DNA of 36,544 nucleotides. Source: Vitrella brassicaformis CCMP3155 (Eukaryota > Protista > Chromerida). This document shows positions 11,969 through 23,794 of this stretch, one piece after another; position 1 is the first letter of the stretch, and every line of letters begins with the position of its first letter. The position numbers and the translations under genes were made by a program. Below the pieces are notes generated by a model. That model was not told the DNA's origin, did not search any database, and saw nothing but the letters and a program-made list of their open reading frames with translations. The stretch covers positions 1 through 36,544 of the forward strand of contig CDMY01000651.1 of assembly GCA_001179505.1 (NCBI GenBank). The letters run 5' to 3'.

Positions 11969-12480
11969 TCAGTCGAGGGCAAGCGGGTTGTAGGCCTCGA
12001 GCTGCAGGATGGTCTTCTCGTCACCCTTCGGTCCCACCCCTATGGCCCTATTCCCTGGCAACCTGTCGTGGTCCAGAACCTAACAAAAAGCAGAGACGGT
12101 TCCATGCACTCATGTGAGGTGACGCTACACTCACTCACTACCTTGATTTTGCCAGCCAGCGGGTGGCGCAGCAGGTAGTAATACAGTACACGGACAGTGA
12201 TATACACTGACGGGTCCAACCATCGGGCCTCTGACAACAGGAGCGCAAGGAGGTTAATCGTTCATCGCATGGAAAAGGGCCTTACTTTTGGGTCTTTTTG
12301 GGTCCCTTCTGGCGTGAGGAGCCTCCGTGTTGACCGCCGCCTCCTCAGAACCACCACTGCTGCTGTCCGCCACCGTCACGCCCGGCTCTTCCCTGACAAA
12401 CACGGCCGGCCTCGTGTCCGCATCGCCAGCCGCATCTCCATTCCCCATCTGCGGGCTGGTCACCATCCGCCTGAATGAGA
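11969..12480 (-). CDS. Hypothetical protein 3' exons
   Basis: Exon-like segments WLDPSVYITVRVLYYYLLRHPLAGKIK|VLDHDRLPGNRAIGVGPKGDEKTILQLEAYNPLALD* with GT-AG boundaries. May belong to the SET gene upstream. Confidence 0.3.
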
Positions 12481-12699
12481 AATTGAGAACGGAAAGAGAG
12501 CAATGCCGACAGACCATTACAGACCATTACATACACTTTTCAGCTCGTTGCAGACAACGTACCTGCGATGCTACAGAGCCGCTTCTGTCAGATTAAGAGG
12601 GCGACTAGCCATCAATGATGAGCCTTTCCTTCAACGATTGCAGCGAAAAGCTCGCTGGGCCAGCAAGCTTAGCCTGTCCGACCAGTCTCGATCTCTTCG

Positions 12700-12890
12700 C
12701 ACGCTGCAGGTCCTGTTGAGCAGCGTCCAGTGTGTGTGCGCGCCTTCTGGTCCGTATGGATACTTCAGTAGGTCATCATTGGTCTTGGGCCCGTAGCCGA
12801 AGGACACCTTATCGCCCTCCTGATACGCGGACGTTGTGAAGAACTCGAAAGCATCACTCGTCTCGCTGTAGGCCACACCCGATGCACCTA
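12700..12890 (-). pseudogene. SET-domain (Rubisco-LSMT/SETD3-like) methyltransferase fragment
   Basis: DAFEFFTTSAYQEGDKVSFGYGPKTNDDLLKYPYG resembles the post-NH motif ..Y..GE.V.ISYG..SN..LL..YG. Flanking frames contain stops and I could not reconstruct the rest. Confidence 0.5.
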
Positions 12891-14199
12891 CACATGGACA
12901 CACATACAAGACGGAGCATGTCGCTCTCTCCCTTCTGTTGATCTGGTACCGAGTTGCGATGAGCGCGCGTCCCTTTACACAGAACCGTTTCCCCCTTTGC
13001 ACAGAATGTTCGGTGTGTTGTGTGTTCGGGTTTGTATATGGGTCAGCAGGGGCTCCAAGTACGTGAGCAGGGGTCGGAGAATAGGCAGCTACAAGCTGTG
13101 CTGGTGAGTCGGCAGGTGATAGGCATCATGCAGCCAGCCATGCACATGTGTGAGTTTCATGTGTTCAGGTGCCCTCAATCCCGGTTCGCTGATAACTCCT
13201 GTACGACGGCTGAAGACTGGTCTGATGCCGGAACGCTTACTGTGACGCCAGGTATATTGAAGCCAGCGTCAAGCGATAGTCGATGGATGCGAAGCTCTCT
13301 CTCTCTTTGTGATTCTTTTACTTTCAGATGCAACCACGAAGTAATGATCAATGTTGGGTGCAGAGACACGCACATGAAATACACGTGTGTGTTGCGCAGC
13401 ACTGACGAACCACCCACCTCATCTGAGACACCTGGCAGCAGCAGGAGCAGCCCTGAACCTGACACAAGCACAGGTACAGCTATATATAAGCGAGAACTCT
13501 CACTGCTCACATTCTCACGTTCTCCTCTCAACACGCACGTCCTATGTAGGCGAACCGACCGGAGATGACGGCAAGGACAGCAATGCATTCAGGTGCGTGC
13601 GTGCACATTACGTACACTCGTGTCTCCCTGTGTTTTTGTGCGTTGCCGACATGCAGCGGCGGTCCTCTCTACCTGCTGCTTCTGGCCCTGACCCTGCTCA
13701 CATTCATCCAGTGAGAAACGGCTAGCTGCATCGATCGACAAGCCAATTAATCCACGCTCAAGCTGCTGCTGTTGGTTTAGTGCTTGAAGCCATGCATGCA
13801 TCGACCGACTGACCGACATGTTCTCTACTGTTTGTGTCTCTCTACATGTCTCTCTCTGTCTGCCTAAGTCTGTCTGTCATGCTGTTTGTGTCTGTCTGTC
13901 TGTCTGCCACAACTCTAATCTGCCTGCTTGCTGCGGCCTGTCTGCTAGCACTGACTGATCGATTTACCTACCGCCACACACCTTTTTTCTTCTCGACAAA
14001 GAGTACCAAAAAGAGACCTTAATTGCAAAGGACCATTCCTTTCTTTTTTCCATTTGTTGCCGCTGAATGGTCGGCAAGAAACATCGACTGAGTGTTGGTT
14101 GCTACTGCGCCTGCCGACTCATCATAACCCATATGAGAATCGAAGCCATTAAGAAATCGTCAATGCGAATTTCTTTTCTCTCTGATTATTCTGCTTTCA

Positions 14200-15501
14200 G
14201 CACCGACGACCACGAGGTGATGGTGATTGATGTAGACACGAATATATACACCCATAAATACACACGTGCGTGTGTGTGTGTGTGTGTTTTGTGCAGCACC
14301 ACTGAGGAGCCCACCACCACTACCATGATGGTTATCGATGGAGATCGGGTCGACATAGAGGCGGGCGGCACCAGGTAAGATGCATGCAGACAAGCAGGCC
14401 ACTGATGTCTGTCTGTCTGTCTGCCTGAATGAATGAATACCAGCGTGCCCATTTCTCCCATTTCTCCTTGGAGGCCTGCAAGCGAGCTGGAAATTGACAT
14501 GCCGACTTGTTGGCCGACGGGCACATCACAATCGACAGCATCGACACCGACGACCATGAGGACGCGGCAACTGCATGTCACATGCCATCCGCCACGAAGG
14601 TGTCTTGTGTCTTAAGCTCCTATCCCGAGCGCATCACTTTGGCAGAGGACAGCCCGATTGCGGATGTCGAGGGCACCAGATATGACGATGTCATCACGGG
14701 CAATGCAAAAGAAAATACGCTGACAGGTTTGGAGGGGAATGACGTTATCGTCAGCGGCGGAGGGGACGACACCCTTTTCGGAATGCAGGAGCCGACACCT
14801 TGTAAGAAGCATACAGCACAGACGTACAGTATAGCTTTTTGTCTCTTGTCGGATGCAGTGTGATTCCTGACAAGGCGGGCCACATAACCATCCCCGTATT
14901 TGACATACTGGACCATCACAATTATCATGACGTACTGGACGTGACTGAATTCCCGACGATCACCAGCATGGCCGATCTCATGTCTCGCGTATCGGAGGGG
15001 AGCGTTGTCATCGACGTGGACCAAGGTTTCTCGGTGACTATACGGAACATCATGCCTTCAGACATGTGTGAGGAATATTGCTCCTTTCCCATGCTGCAAT
15101 CCTCTTCAACAGGCGAGAATATAGATATTGGCTACTTACTTGCCTGCTTGCGATGATATACGAGGCCTGTTGTCGTTCCTATTCTTCATGCAGAATCGTC
15201 ATGTGGCGTCTTTGACTTCAGCAAGGATTGCCTGGATCAAGAAGGCTTGGGCGGCGTCTTCATCATCATCCTTGCGTGCCTTGTCTTCATCTCCAGTGCT
15301 GTCGCCTTGTCCTGGGTCCTGATACGCAAATCGCCCTGGAAGAAGGCCGAGAAGAAGAAAGCCGAGAAGATCGAGGAGGGCGCCGAGGAGGGCGAGAAAA
15401 AGGAGCCGCTGACGGCCATCGCCATAGCTGAGACAGGAGAGGAGCACAAAGAAGCCACAACGAAATCTACTCATCCAGTAGAGGCAGCTACGGCCATTTA
15501 A
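14200..15501 (+). pseudogene. Hemolysin-type (RTX) Ca2+-binding repeat protein with C-terminal TM anchor; one frameshift; 5' end unresolved
   Basis: IADVEGTRYDDVITGNAKENTLTGLEGNDVIVSGGGDDTLFGMQ(GADTF)|VIPDKAG...DVLDVTEFPTITSMADL...GSVVIDVDQGFSVTIRNI...|ESSCGVFDFSKDCLDQEGLGGVFIIILACLVFISSAVALSWVLIRK plus a charged tail. One G is missing at ~14788. Introns 14802-14858 (GT-AG) and 15113-15193 (GC-AG). Confidence 0.78.
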
Positions 15502-15745
15502 ACGTATCAAATCCCTGTCCACTGACCTATTAACGTTGAGTCTCTCTTCCATATGGGCTGTTCGGCTGTTTCTCCTGGTGTGATCGTTTCTCTTAGGATG
15601 TCTGTCTATCTGTGTCGCGCGGGCGGGTGGGTGGGCGGGGCCGGGTAGGAAGTGTGTTATGGGTGTCTACGAAAGGACACGGATGCAGAAGGAGACATGG
15701 ATGAAGACGGCGGCCCCATCAACTCGCTACTCGGAAGCAAAGAAG

Positions 15746-16417
15746 CTGGAGTGTGTGTATACGACGAACGTCTCTGTGCGCACACCTGCGCATGCACGTT
15801 TGGCCTTGGAGTGTGTGTATACGACGAACGTCTCTGTGTGCGCAGCCCTGCGCATTCACGTTTGGACTTGGAGTCTGTGTATATGACGAAAGTCTCTTTG
15901 TGCACACCTCCGCCTGCACGTGTGGACTTGGAGTGTGTGCATATAATGAATGTCTGTGTGCGCACACCTGCACATGTACGTTTGGACTTGGAGGGTCTGT
16001 ATCTGCTGAATCCTTCTATGCGCACACTTGCGCATGCACGTTTGGATTTGGAGTATGTTTATATACTTAGTGTCTCTGTGCGCACACCTGCGTATGCACG
16101 CGTGGACCTGGAGTGTGTGTATGTCATGAATGTCTCTGTGCCCTCACCTGCGAAGGCACGTTGGGACTTGGTGTGTGTGCCTATACTGAATGTCTCTGTG
16201 CGCACACCTGCGCATGCACGTTTGGACTTGGAGTGTGTGTATATGTCTCTGTGCGCACACAATATGTACTATATGCCTCTGTGCGCACACCTGCGCATGC
16301 ATGCGTCGACTTGGAGTGTGTATATGATGAATGTCTCTGTGCGCAGACCTGCGTATGCACGCGTGGACTTGGAGTATGTGTATATCCTGAATGTCTCTGT
16401 GCGCTCACCTGCGTACG
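15746..16417 (+). repeat. ~60-bp satellite array B (about 11 copies)
   Basis: Same unit as array A; it produces the spurious 20-aa repeat ORF RTPAHARLDLECVYMMNVSV. Confidence 0.92.
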
Positions 16418-17330
16418 TGCGCAGCTGTGTGTACAGAGATGTGTTTCACCCCTGGAAGCATAGACGTACGTGCGCAGCTGTGCAGAGACATTCATAAGAT
16501 ACACTTCCTGCAAGTCCACGCCTACGTGCGCAGCTGGCTGTGTCTATAGAGATGTGTTTCACCCCTGGAAGCATAGACGTACGTGGGCAGCTGTGCGCAT
16601 AGAGACATTCATAAGATACACTTCCTGCAAATCCACGCCTACGTGCGCAGCTGTGTCTATAGAGATGTGTTTCACCCCTGGAAGCATAGACGTACGTGCG
16701 CAGCTGTGCGCACAGAGACATTCATAAGATACACTTCCTGCAAGTCCACGCCTACGTGCGCAGCTGAGTGTACAGAGATGTGTTTCATCCCTGGAAGCAT
16801 AGACGTACGTGCGCAGCTGTGCGCACAGAGACATTCATAAGATACACTTCCTGCAAGTCCACGCCTACGTGCGCAGCTGAGTGTACAGAGATGTGTTTCA
16901 CTCCTGGAAGCATAGACGTACGTGAGCAGCTGTGCGCACAGAGACATTCATAAGATACACCCCCTGCAAGTCCACGCCTACGTGCGCAGCTGAGTGTACA
17001 GAGATGTGTTTCATCCCTGGAAGCATAGACGTACGTGCGCAGCTGTGACAGAGAGACATTCATAAGATACACTTCCTGCAAATCCACGCCTACGTGCGCA
17101 GCTGAGTGTACAGAGATGTGCATCATATTTTCACCCCTGCAAGCATAGACGTACGTGTGCAGCTGTCTGCACACAAAAGACCATAGGATACACTCCCTGC
17201 AAGCACACACATACGTGCGCAGCTGTGTGTACAGAGACATTTATAGAATACACCCCTTGCAAGTCCACACGTACGTGGGCAGCTGTGCGCGCAGAGACAT
17301 TCATAAGATACACCCCTTGCAAGCACACAC
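16418..17330 (-). repeat. 113-bp higher-order minisatellite (about 7-8 copies), an inverted diverged dimer of the 60-bp satellite
   Basis: gatgtg anchor recurs at 16438, 16551, 16664, 16777, 16890, 17003 and 17115. The subunit agagacattcataagatacacttcctgcaagtccacgcctacgtgcgcagctgtgcgcac aligns by eye to the reverse complement of the 60-mer. Confidence 0.9.
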
Positions 17331-17709
17331 GTGCCATTCTCCATCTTCATCTCCTCCATCTCTCCCTCCAGCAGCGCATGGTTGGACGTGAGCTCCCTGT
17401 GGTCATTCAGAAGCGCCTCGTAACTCTTTTTTGTGGCCCTCTCCGACTCTTCCAGCCTCTACACGATACATTCAGGGTCGTTTGAGGTGATTGATCCATC
17501 CATTCATGCAATTGCTTCTGCAGGACGTCGGATTTGACCGCCAGTTGCTCCTCCAGCTGGCCTACTTTCCGCTTCATGTCGGCTACTTGTCCGGCAAGGG
17601 ATGCGTTCTCGGCCTGCAGCTCACCCCACTTGCCGCCCATCACCACCTCGACGCTCTTCTTCATCATGTGCTTGTTCCTAACCCTCAAAACTCGACCTGT
17701 AAATTTCAC
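17331..17709 (-). CDS. Coiled-coil protein exon(s) lying between satellite arrays
   Basis: ELQAENASLAGQVADMKRKVGQLEEQLAVKSDVLQKQLHEW, then after a frame change KSYEALLNDHRELTSNHALLEGEMEEMKMENG. tttacag acceptor near 17700; GT at 17330. Confidence 0.4.
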
Positions 17710-17769
17710 TCGTTTCGCGCAAGGGAACGGATCTTTCTATGTACAGTCATCATGAATTTCATGTCATAG

Positions 17770-18948
17770 GAAGAATATCTCTGTGCGCACACCTGCGTCG
17801 ACCTGGAGTGCGTGTATATGATGAATGTCTCTGTGCGCACGCCTGCGTCGACTTGGAGTGTGATGAATGTCTCTGTGCGCACGCCTGCGTGCGATGCGTG
17901 TATATGATAGATGTCTCTGTGCGCACACCTTCGCATACACGTTTGGACGTGGAGTGTGTGTATGTGATGAATGTCTGTTTGCGCACATCTGCGCATGCAC
18001 GTGTCGACTTTGAGTGTGTGTATATGATGAATGTCTCTGTGCGCACACCTTCGCATACACGTTTGGACGTGGAGTGTGTCTATCTGATGAATGTCTGTGT
18101 GCGCACATCCGTGTTGACTTGGAGTGCATGTATATGATAAATGTCTGTGTGCGCACACCTGCGCATGCACGTTTGGACGTGGAGTGTGTGTATGTGATGA
18201 ATGTCTGTGTGCGCACACTTGCGCATGCACGTTTGGACTTGGAGTGTGTGCATAGGAAGAATATCTCTGTGCGCATACCTGCGCATGCATGTTTGGACTT
18301 GGAGTGTGTGTATATGATGAATGTCTGCGTGCGCACACTTGCGCATGCACGTTTGGACTTGGAGTGTGTGTATATGAAGAATATCTCTGTGCGCACACCT
18401 GCGTCGACTTGGAGTGCGTGTATATGATGAATGTCTGCGTGCGCACGCCTGCGTGACTTTGAATGTGAGTATTGAATGTCTCTGTGCGCACACCTGCGCA
18501 TGCACGTTTGGACGTGGAGTGTGTGCATATGATGAATGTCTGCATGCGCACACTTGCGCATGCACGTTTGGAATTGGAGTGCGTGTATAGGAAGGATATC
18601 TCTGTGCGCACACCGCACGTTGGACTTGGAGTGTGTGTATGTGATGAATGTCTCTGTGCGCACACTTGCGCATGCACGTTTGGATTTGGAGCGTGTGTAT
18701 GTGATGAATGTCTCTATGCGCACACTTCCACATGCACGTTTGGACTTGGAGTGTGTGTATGTGATGAATGTCTCTGCGCACATCTGCGGATGCACGCGTC
18801 AACTTGGAGTGCATGTATATGATGAATGTCTTGGTGCGCACACCTTCGCATGCACTTTTGGATTTGGAGTGTCTGTAAATGATGAATGTCTCTGTGCGCA
18901 CGCCTGCGTCGACTTGGAGTGTGTATATGATGAATGTCTCTGTGCGCA
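17770..18948 (+). repeat. ~60-bp satellite array D (20 or more copies, runs into the assembly gap)
   Basis: Same unit with ~43-bp deletion variants; continues up to the N run. Confidence 0.93.
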
Positions 18949-19248
18949 NNNNNNNNNNNNNNNNNNNNNNNNNNNNNNNNNNNNNNNNNNNNNNNNNNNN
19001 NNNNNNNNNNNNNNNNNNNNNNNNNNNNNNNNNNNNNNNNNNNNNNNNNNNNNNNNNNNNNNNNNNNNNNNNNNNNNNNNNNNNNNNNNNNNNNNNNNNN
19101 NNNNNNNNNNNNNNNNNNNNNNNNNNNNNNNNNNNNNNNNNNNNNNNNNNNNNNNNNNNNNNNNNNNNNNNNNNNNNNNNNNNNNNNNNNNNNNNNNNNN
19201 NNNNNNNNNNNNNNNNNNNNNNNNNNNNNNNNNNNNNNNNNNNNNNNN
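18949..19248. other. Assembly gap (300 N)
   Basis: Run of N. Confidence 0.99.
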
Positions 19249-19253
19249 ACTCG

Positions 19254-20078
19254 GGGAGTCTGAACAAGGCTGGCCGTCAGTGACCTGCTGGGTGAAAGGA
19301 TCTTCGCCATCAGACGTACATGATCGGAGGCTCGAACACCAACAAACCCGAGAAGCCATGCGAACATCAAACAGCTGAGCTTCAGGGTAGTCAATTGGCC
19401 GCTATTGAGGCGAGAACAGCCTCGCCTCGAGTCGTAGCGCTGCATTGGGAATCAGTGATGCCGAGTTTGGTAGCAGCGGTATAGGTGATAGTTATAATGG
19501 GGGGAGTGGTTCACGCGAAAGCGACGTAGAGTAGCGGTCCACTGAGTAGTCATAGGTGGCCACTGGCCAAGTCTCGTGTCCAACATGTACACACGCACCT
19601 CCATCCGGCCGTCGGCGGCCGGATCTGTCGGAATACACACACCGTCAAAGAAGTCTGAACCGTATCGTCACGAAGAATGAATGAGTGACGCCTTCTTCAT
19701 GTCGATACCTTCAACGCAGGGAGTCTGAACAAGGCTGGCCGTCAGTGACCTGCTGGGTGAAAGGATCTTCGCCATCAGACGTACATGATCGGAGGCTCGA
19801 ACACCAACAAACCCGAGAAGCCATGCGAACATCAAAGAGCTGAGCTTCAGGGTAGTCAATTGGCCGCTATTCAATTGGCCGCTATTGAGGCGAGAACAGC
19901 CTCGCCTCGAGTCGTAGCGCTGCATTGGGAATCAGTGATGCCGAGTTTGGTAGCAGCGGTATAGGTGATAGGTATAATGGGGGGAGTGGTTCACGCGAAA
20001 GCGACGTGGAGTAGCGGTCCACTGAGTAGTCATAGGTGGCCACTGGCCAAGTCTCGTGTCCAACATGTACACACGCAC
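19254..20078. repeat. Direct repeat pair: 19254-19598 and 19719-20078
   Basis: ~345-bp near-identical copies with a few substitutions; copy 2 carries a 15-bp microduplication (tcaattggccgctat). Confidence 0.92.
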
Positions 20079-20149
20079 ATGCAGGCAGGTAGGGAGGCAC
20101 TGCAGGGGCAGGCAGACAGACCTGCAATGTCGGGACGGCAGACCGGAAC

Positions 20150-20557
20150 GTGTAGTGTGTGTGTACATGATGAATATCTCTGTACGCACACCTGCGCATG
20201 GAGTGTGTGAACATGGTGAATGTCTCTGTGCGCACACCTGCGTCGACTTGGAGTGCGTGTATATGATGAATGTCTGTGTGCGCACACCTGCGCATGCACG
20301 TTTGGACTTGGAGTGTGTGAGCTCCATAGATTAGACAGGCAGCTTGTTTCAGCTTGTTTCAAAGATATGAGTCTCATTGTCCTGCGTGCCATCCTCATCA
20401 GACTTGGCACACTTTTAAGTTGTTCAGGTGTTTTCTAGGGCGTATTCGTCGTAAACCCACTCCAAGTCCAAACGTGTATGCGCAGGTGTGCCCAGAGAGA
20501 CATTCAGCATATGCGCACACTCCAAGTCGAATCGTGAATGCACAGGTGTGCGCACAG
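20150..20557. repeat. Short inverted satellite arms (20150-20320 forward, 20456-20557 reverse) around a ~135-bp spacer
   Basis: Forward units followed by cactccaagtccaaacgtgtatgcgcaggtgtgc, the reverse complement of the unit. Confidence 0.85.
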
Positions 20558-21556
20558 GGCCATGCGAAGCTGCAAGGGTGATTGCAGGCGAAGAAGAGTC
20601 AACAAAGGCTGTTGAGCGGCTTCAATAGTCACAGCCAGTGACAGTCAGCCATAGGCGAGGGCTTCTAGTCCTCCGATGAGCCTTCAAAACTTTAGAGCGA
20701 GAAGGAATCGACGATGATTGGCTCAATATGGCTTGCACTGAAAGCGACCTCAGTCTCTGAGATGGCCCGGTGTGTTGAATGATGTCTCACTTTGCGTCAT
20801 CATCTGCAGCTGCTGACCTCTGGAGCCATACTCGTGAGAGGCGCAATCGACAACTTGAGACCATCAGAATACTGAGAGAACTCACTATTACATATGCTCG
20901 GTCACACGATGTCGAGAGCTAAAAAAGAAAGTACATCCGGATGCTAAAGGAAGGCCTCCGAAAGGGGACACTTCTCTTCAGAAGTGTCTTTCATACAGTT
21001 CCTTTACTCCTTATTGCGCAGAGGACCGTACATATCAACCATCTACATACCAGCTGGACCGCTGAAGGCACATGCAGTGAGGTCAAAAAGGGATATGCTA
21101 TGAGGACCAAGAAAGCACAAATACAAATATGAGCAAAGCAATCTTCTCACTGCAAGAAAGAGCCCACTACGGGCGGCTACTCTCCAGTATCGCATACGAA
21201 CCGACCGATGCAGAAGGCAGACACCATCGCACGCTCAGCCATGCAAACAGAAACGTGCACGTGCTCGAAAAAGACAGATGCGACCCACCAGAGGGGCCGC
21301 GACATATACATACACACCATACATACATGCATGTCTATCCCTCCCTCCCACCACAGCACACATGGAACACACATGCTCGAAAAAGACAGGTGCGGCCCGC
21401 TAGACATAGACTGCAACGCCGACACACATACATATTGTTACGAAAGTGTCATGGTGTGGATGTCCTCTCTCTGGCGACGGTCAAACTCACACGCGAAGCA
21501 TACCAGCCATCCACACGTGCAGCCAAACACACCAAACAACCAACTGATCTCAGCCA

Positions 21557-21559
<3 letters not shown>

Positions 21560-21590
<31 letters not shown>
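21560..21590. repeat. (GA)n microsatellite
   Basis: About 15 perfect AG units. Confidence 0.97.
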
Positions 21591-21594
<4 letters not shown>

Positions 21595-22929
21595 CCACAC
21601 ACATGCTTTCGTGCCGTCCGCTCTGAGTGAGTGTCCCGTGTTCCTCTGACTGATGTGCGGGTGTGGATGTATTGTCTGCCTCAGTATGTGATCGGCGAGG
21701 GGACGGACCTTATGGCGGATACGTAGGCACACACTGGGAGGCTAGAGAGACAACACAGACGGACAGACAGGCAGATCTCAGACAGATATGCGTGCATGTA
21801 TTCCCCATAAGACATGACCCCAAAAGCATCCCAAGACATGCATCCGGCCAGTCGGAAGGAGAGGAGTGGAGTAGGTCAGCACCAGGGTGAGTCCTGGAAG
21901 GACGAGAAGACACGCGGACTCAGAGAGAGAGCGAGATCTGGCTGAGCGAAGAGGACGCTAGAAGGGCAGCTAGCTGTCGTACGAGTACTCGTGTCGCCTC
22001 GCTGCGGACTCACCGGGAGGGTGATCAGCTCCGAGAGGGAGATCAGCAGGACGACGCACTCGTTCTCCACCATCACTCACATGCGCACTCCACCATCACT
22101 CTGCGGCTCCAAGGGCGGCTTGGGAAGACGCCCTGCCGAAAGGAAGCGGTCGGAACGACCGAAGACCGTGCCGAAGCAACAGATCTCAAGAGAATGACTC
22201 AAGTCATATCGGAAGCGAACAATAACGAATCATATATGAAACGCAACGGGCACTAACTCGCTCGGCCAACTTCTCCCGTCTTACGCCCCCAAGCCCACGC
22301 ATGCATTTAGAAAACCAACTACAGCCTCATCAGAAGCCCACGCATGCATGCACTGCAGGCTTTCTAGCGCTCTTATTCGCTGCCTCCCCTGTGCCCATCT
22401 ACGGCTTGTCGTCCTGCTTACACACGACTACTATCCTTCAGCCTGTCATCCATCCATCAGCATCAGCATCAGATCCATCCGTCTATCCGTTCATCCACGG
22501 GCTGCATCCTCTCCATCAGCACACGGTCCACGGCATCCAATCCATCCGTCCATCACATCCAGACACACACGTCCACACTTCCAGTTATCTGAGCCGAGCG
22601 CCTTCATCAGGGTCACAGGCAGGGGCGAAGGGCATCGTGAGCACTTCGCAACAAGTGGGGTGGTGCACCTCTTTTGGACATCAAAAACAATGAGATAAGT
22701 GAACACACATTCTAACACCATCGGTCATTGCATGATGTGCTCATTACATCTCAACAGGGTGAGACGCCGTAGGATGAAGCACAAGAGTCCAGGAAGACTG
22801 AGCGGCAGCTAATGGAGAAAGGCCGGCAATAGGATAGGCGCTTTCTGTGTGGTGTTCCAGTCAGTTTGTGTGTCTATAGCTACATGACTTCAGTCGTTTT
22901 GCCACTGCACCATCACACATTCACCGCAT

Positions 22930-23430
22930 CACCTTAGTGACCACGATGTGGTTTCGTGTAGCAATATATTGATGTTGAGCGCTTGAGATCTCAAGCGCGT
23001 GCGACACCTACAAAGATACGCCTGTGTCTGCGCATACAGTCGCATCGCACTATGTACATCAAATGTATACACGAGGCCCCCCAACACACCGCCATATACC
23101 TGCGCGAACACGGAAACAGAAATGGCCATGATAATCATGACAATGTCGGCGATAAGGATGATATGTTTTTGAACATCAGCGTCTCATTTATTGTCTTTTT
23201 CCGGCTGCCTCGTTGGCCGATCCCTTAGATGTGGGCGGGCGGTGTGTGCGACGATGGCCCCCTGACTGCCACTCGACTTGTAGTCCTCATTGCGGAAGAT
23301 GATGTCTGCTGAGCGCACAGAGACATGCATGACTGGATAACGTGTGAAGAGAGCGTACCAGTAGGATGGGCGTCCGTATAATGTGTACGTATTGACTGTT
23401 CCATACTCATGCGTCCACTTGCATGTGTCT
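22930..23430 (-). pseudogene. Degenerate exons of an unidentified membrane protein
   Basis: ADIIFRNEDYK...KDNK*DADVQKHIILIADIVMIIMAISVSVFAQ|TQAYLCR with GT-AG boundaries and an in-frame TGA before a TM-like helix. Confidence 0.25.
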
Positions 23431-23794
23431 CTCGTAAGTGTGGTCGACTTGCCTGGCTGCCTGTGCGGCTGGCTGTGAGATACATACATGCACACAGGTT
23501 GACACACAGCCAGACAGACAGCCAACTAAGGGCCCATATGGATGTACCTGTATACATGCGCTCAGCCACATATACGCACCACCAACCCAGCAAGCCAACC
23601 ATACAGGCACATATGCACGTCAGACGTGTGATAGCTGTGATCTATCTGGTGTCCATATGTTCTACACTACACCACAAACCCACATGGGACCACATTCCCA
23701 GGCCTATGTGCTTGGCTCCCAACCGAGAAACCCATGTCGTGACACGCACCAGACATGCTTCACTCACACGGAAAACCCGCCCCGACTGAAGAAG

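Noticed and set aside
16418-17330. CRISPR-like regular repeats
   Set aside because: The 'spacers' are themselves repeated, there are no cas genes, and the context is eukaryotic. It is a minisatellite.
15652-18948. Long Cys/His/Val-rich repeat ORFs on both strands (also 1564-2516)
   Set aside because: They arise because the 60-bp satellite unit is a multiple of 3 and lacks stops in several frames; indel variants break frame freely.
19280-19340. Kelch-like words (RIFAI, YMIGG) in the duplicated segment
   Set aside because: They fall in different frames with stops and are too short to support a call.
20335-20420. Possible hammerhead ribozyme on the minus strand (CTGATGAG...GAAAC)
   Set aside because: I could not form stem I next to a cleavage triplet, and stem II lacks the G-C closing pair.
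20560-22900. Several short ORFs and a ~25-bp direct repeat (21263 and 21375)
   Set aside because: No recognisable domain or consistent exon chain; left unannotated.
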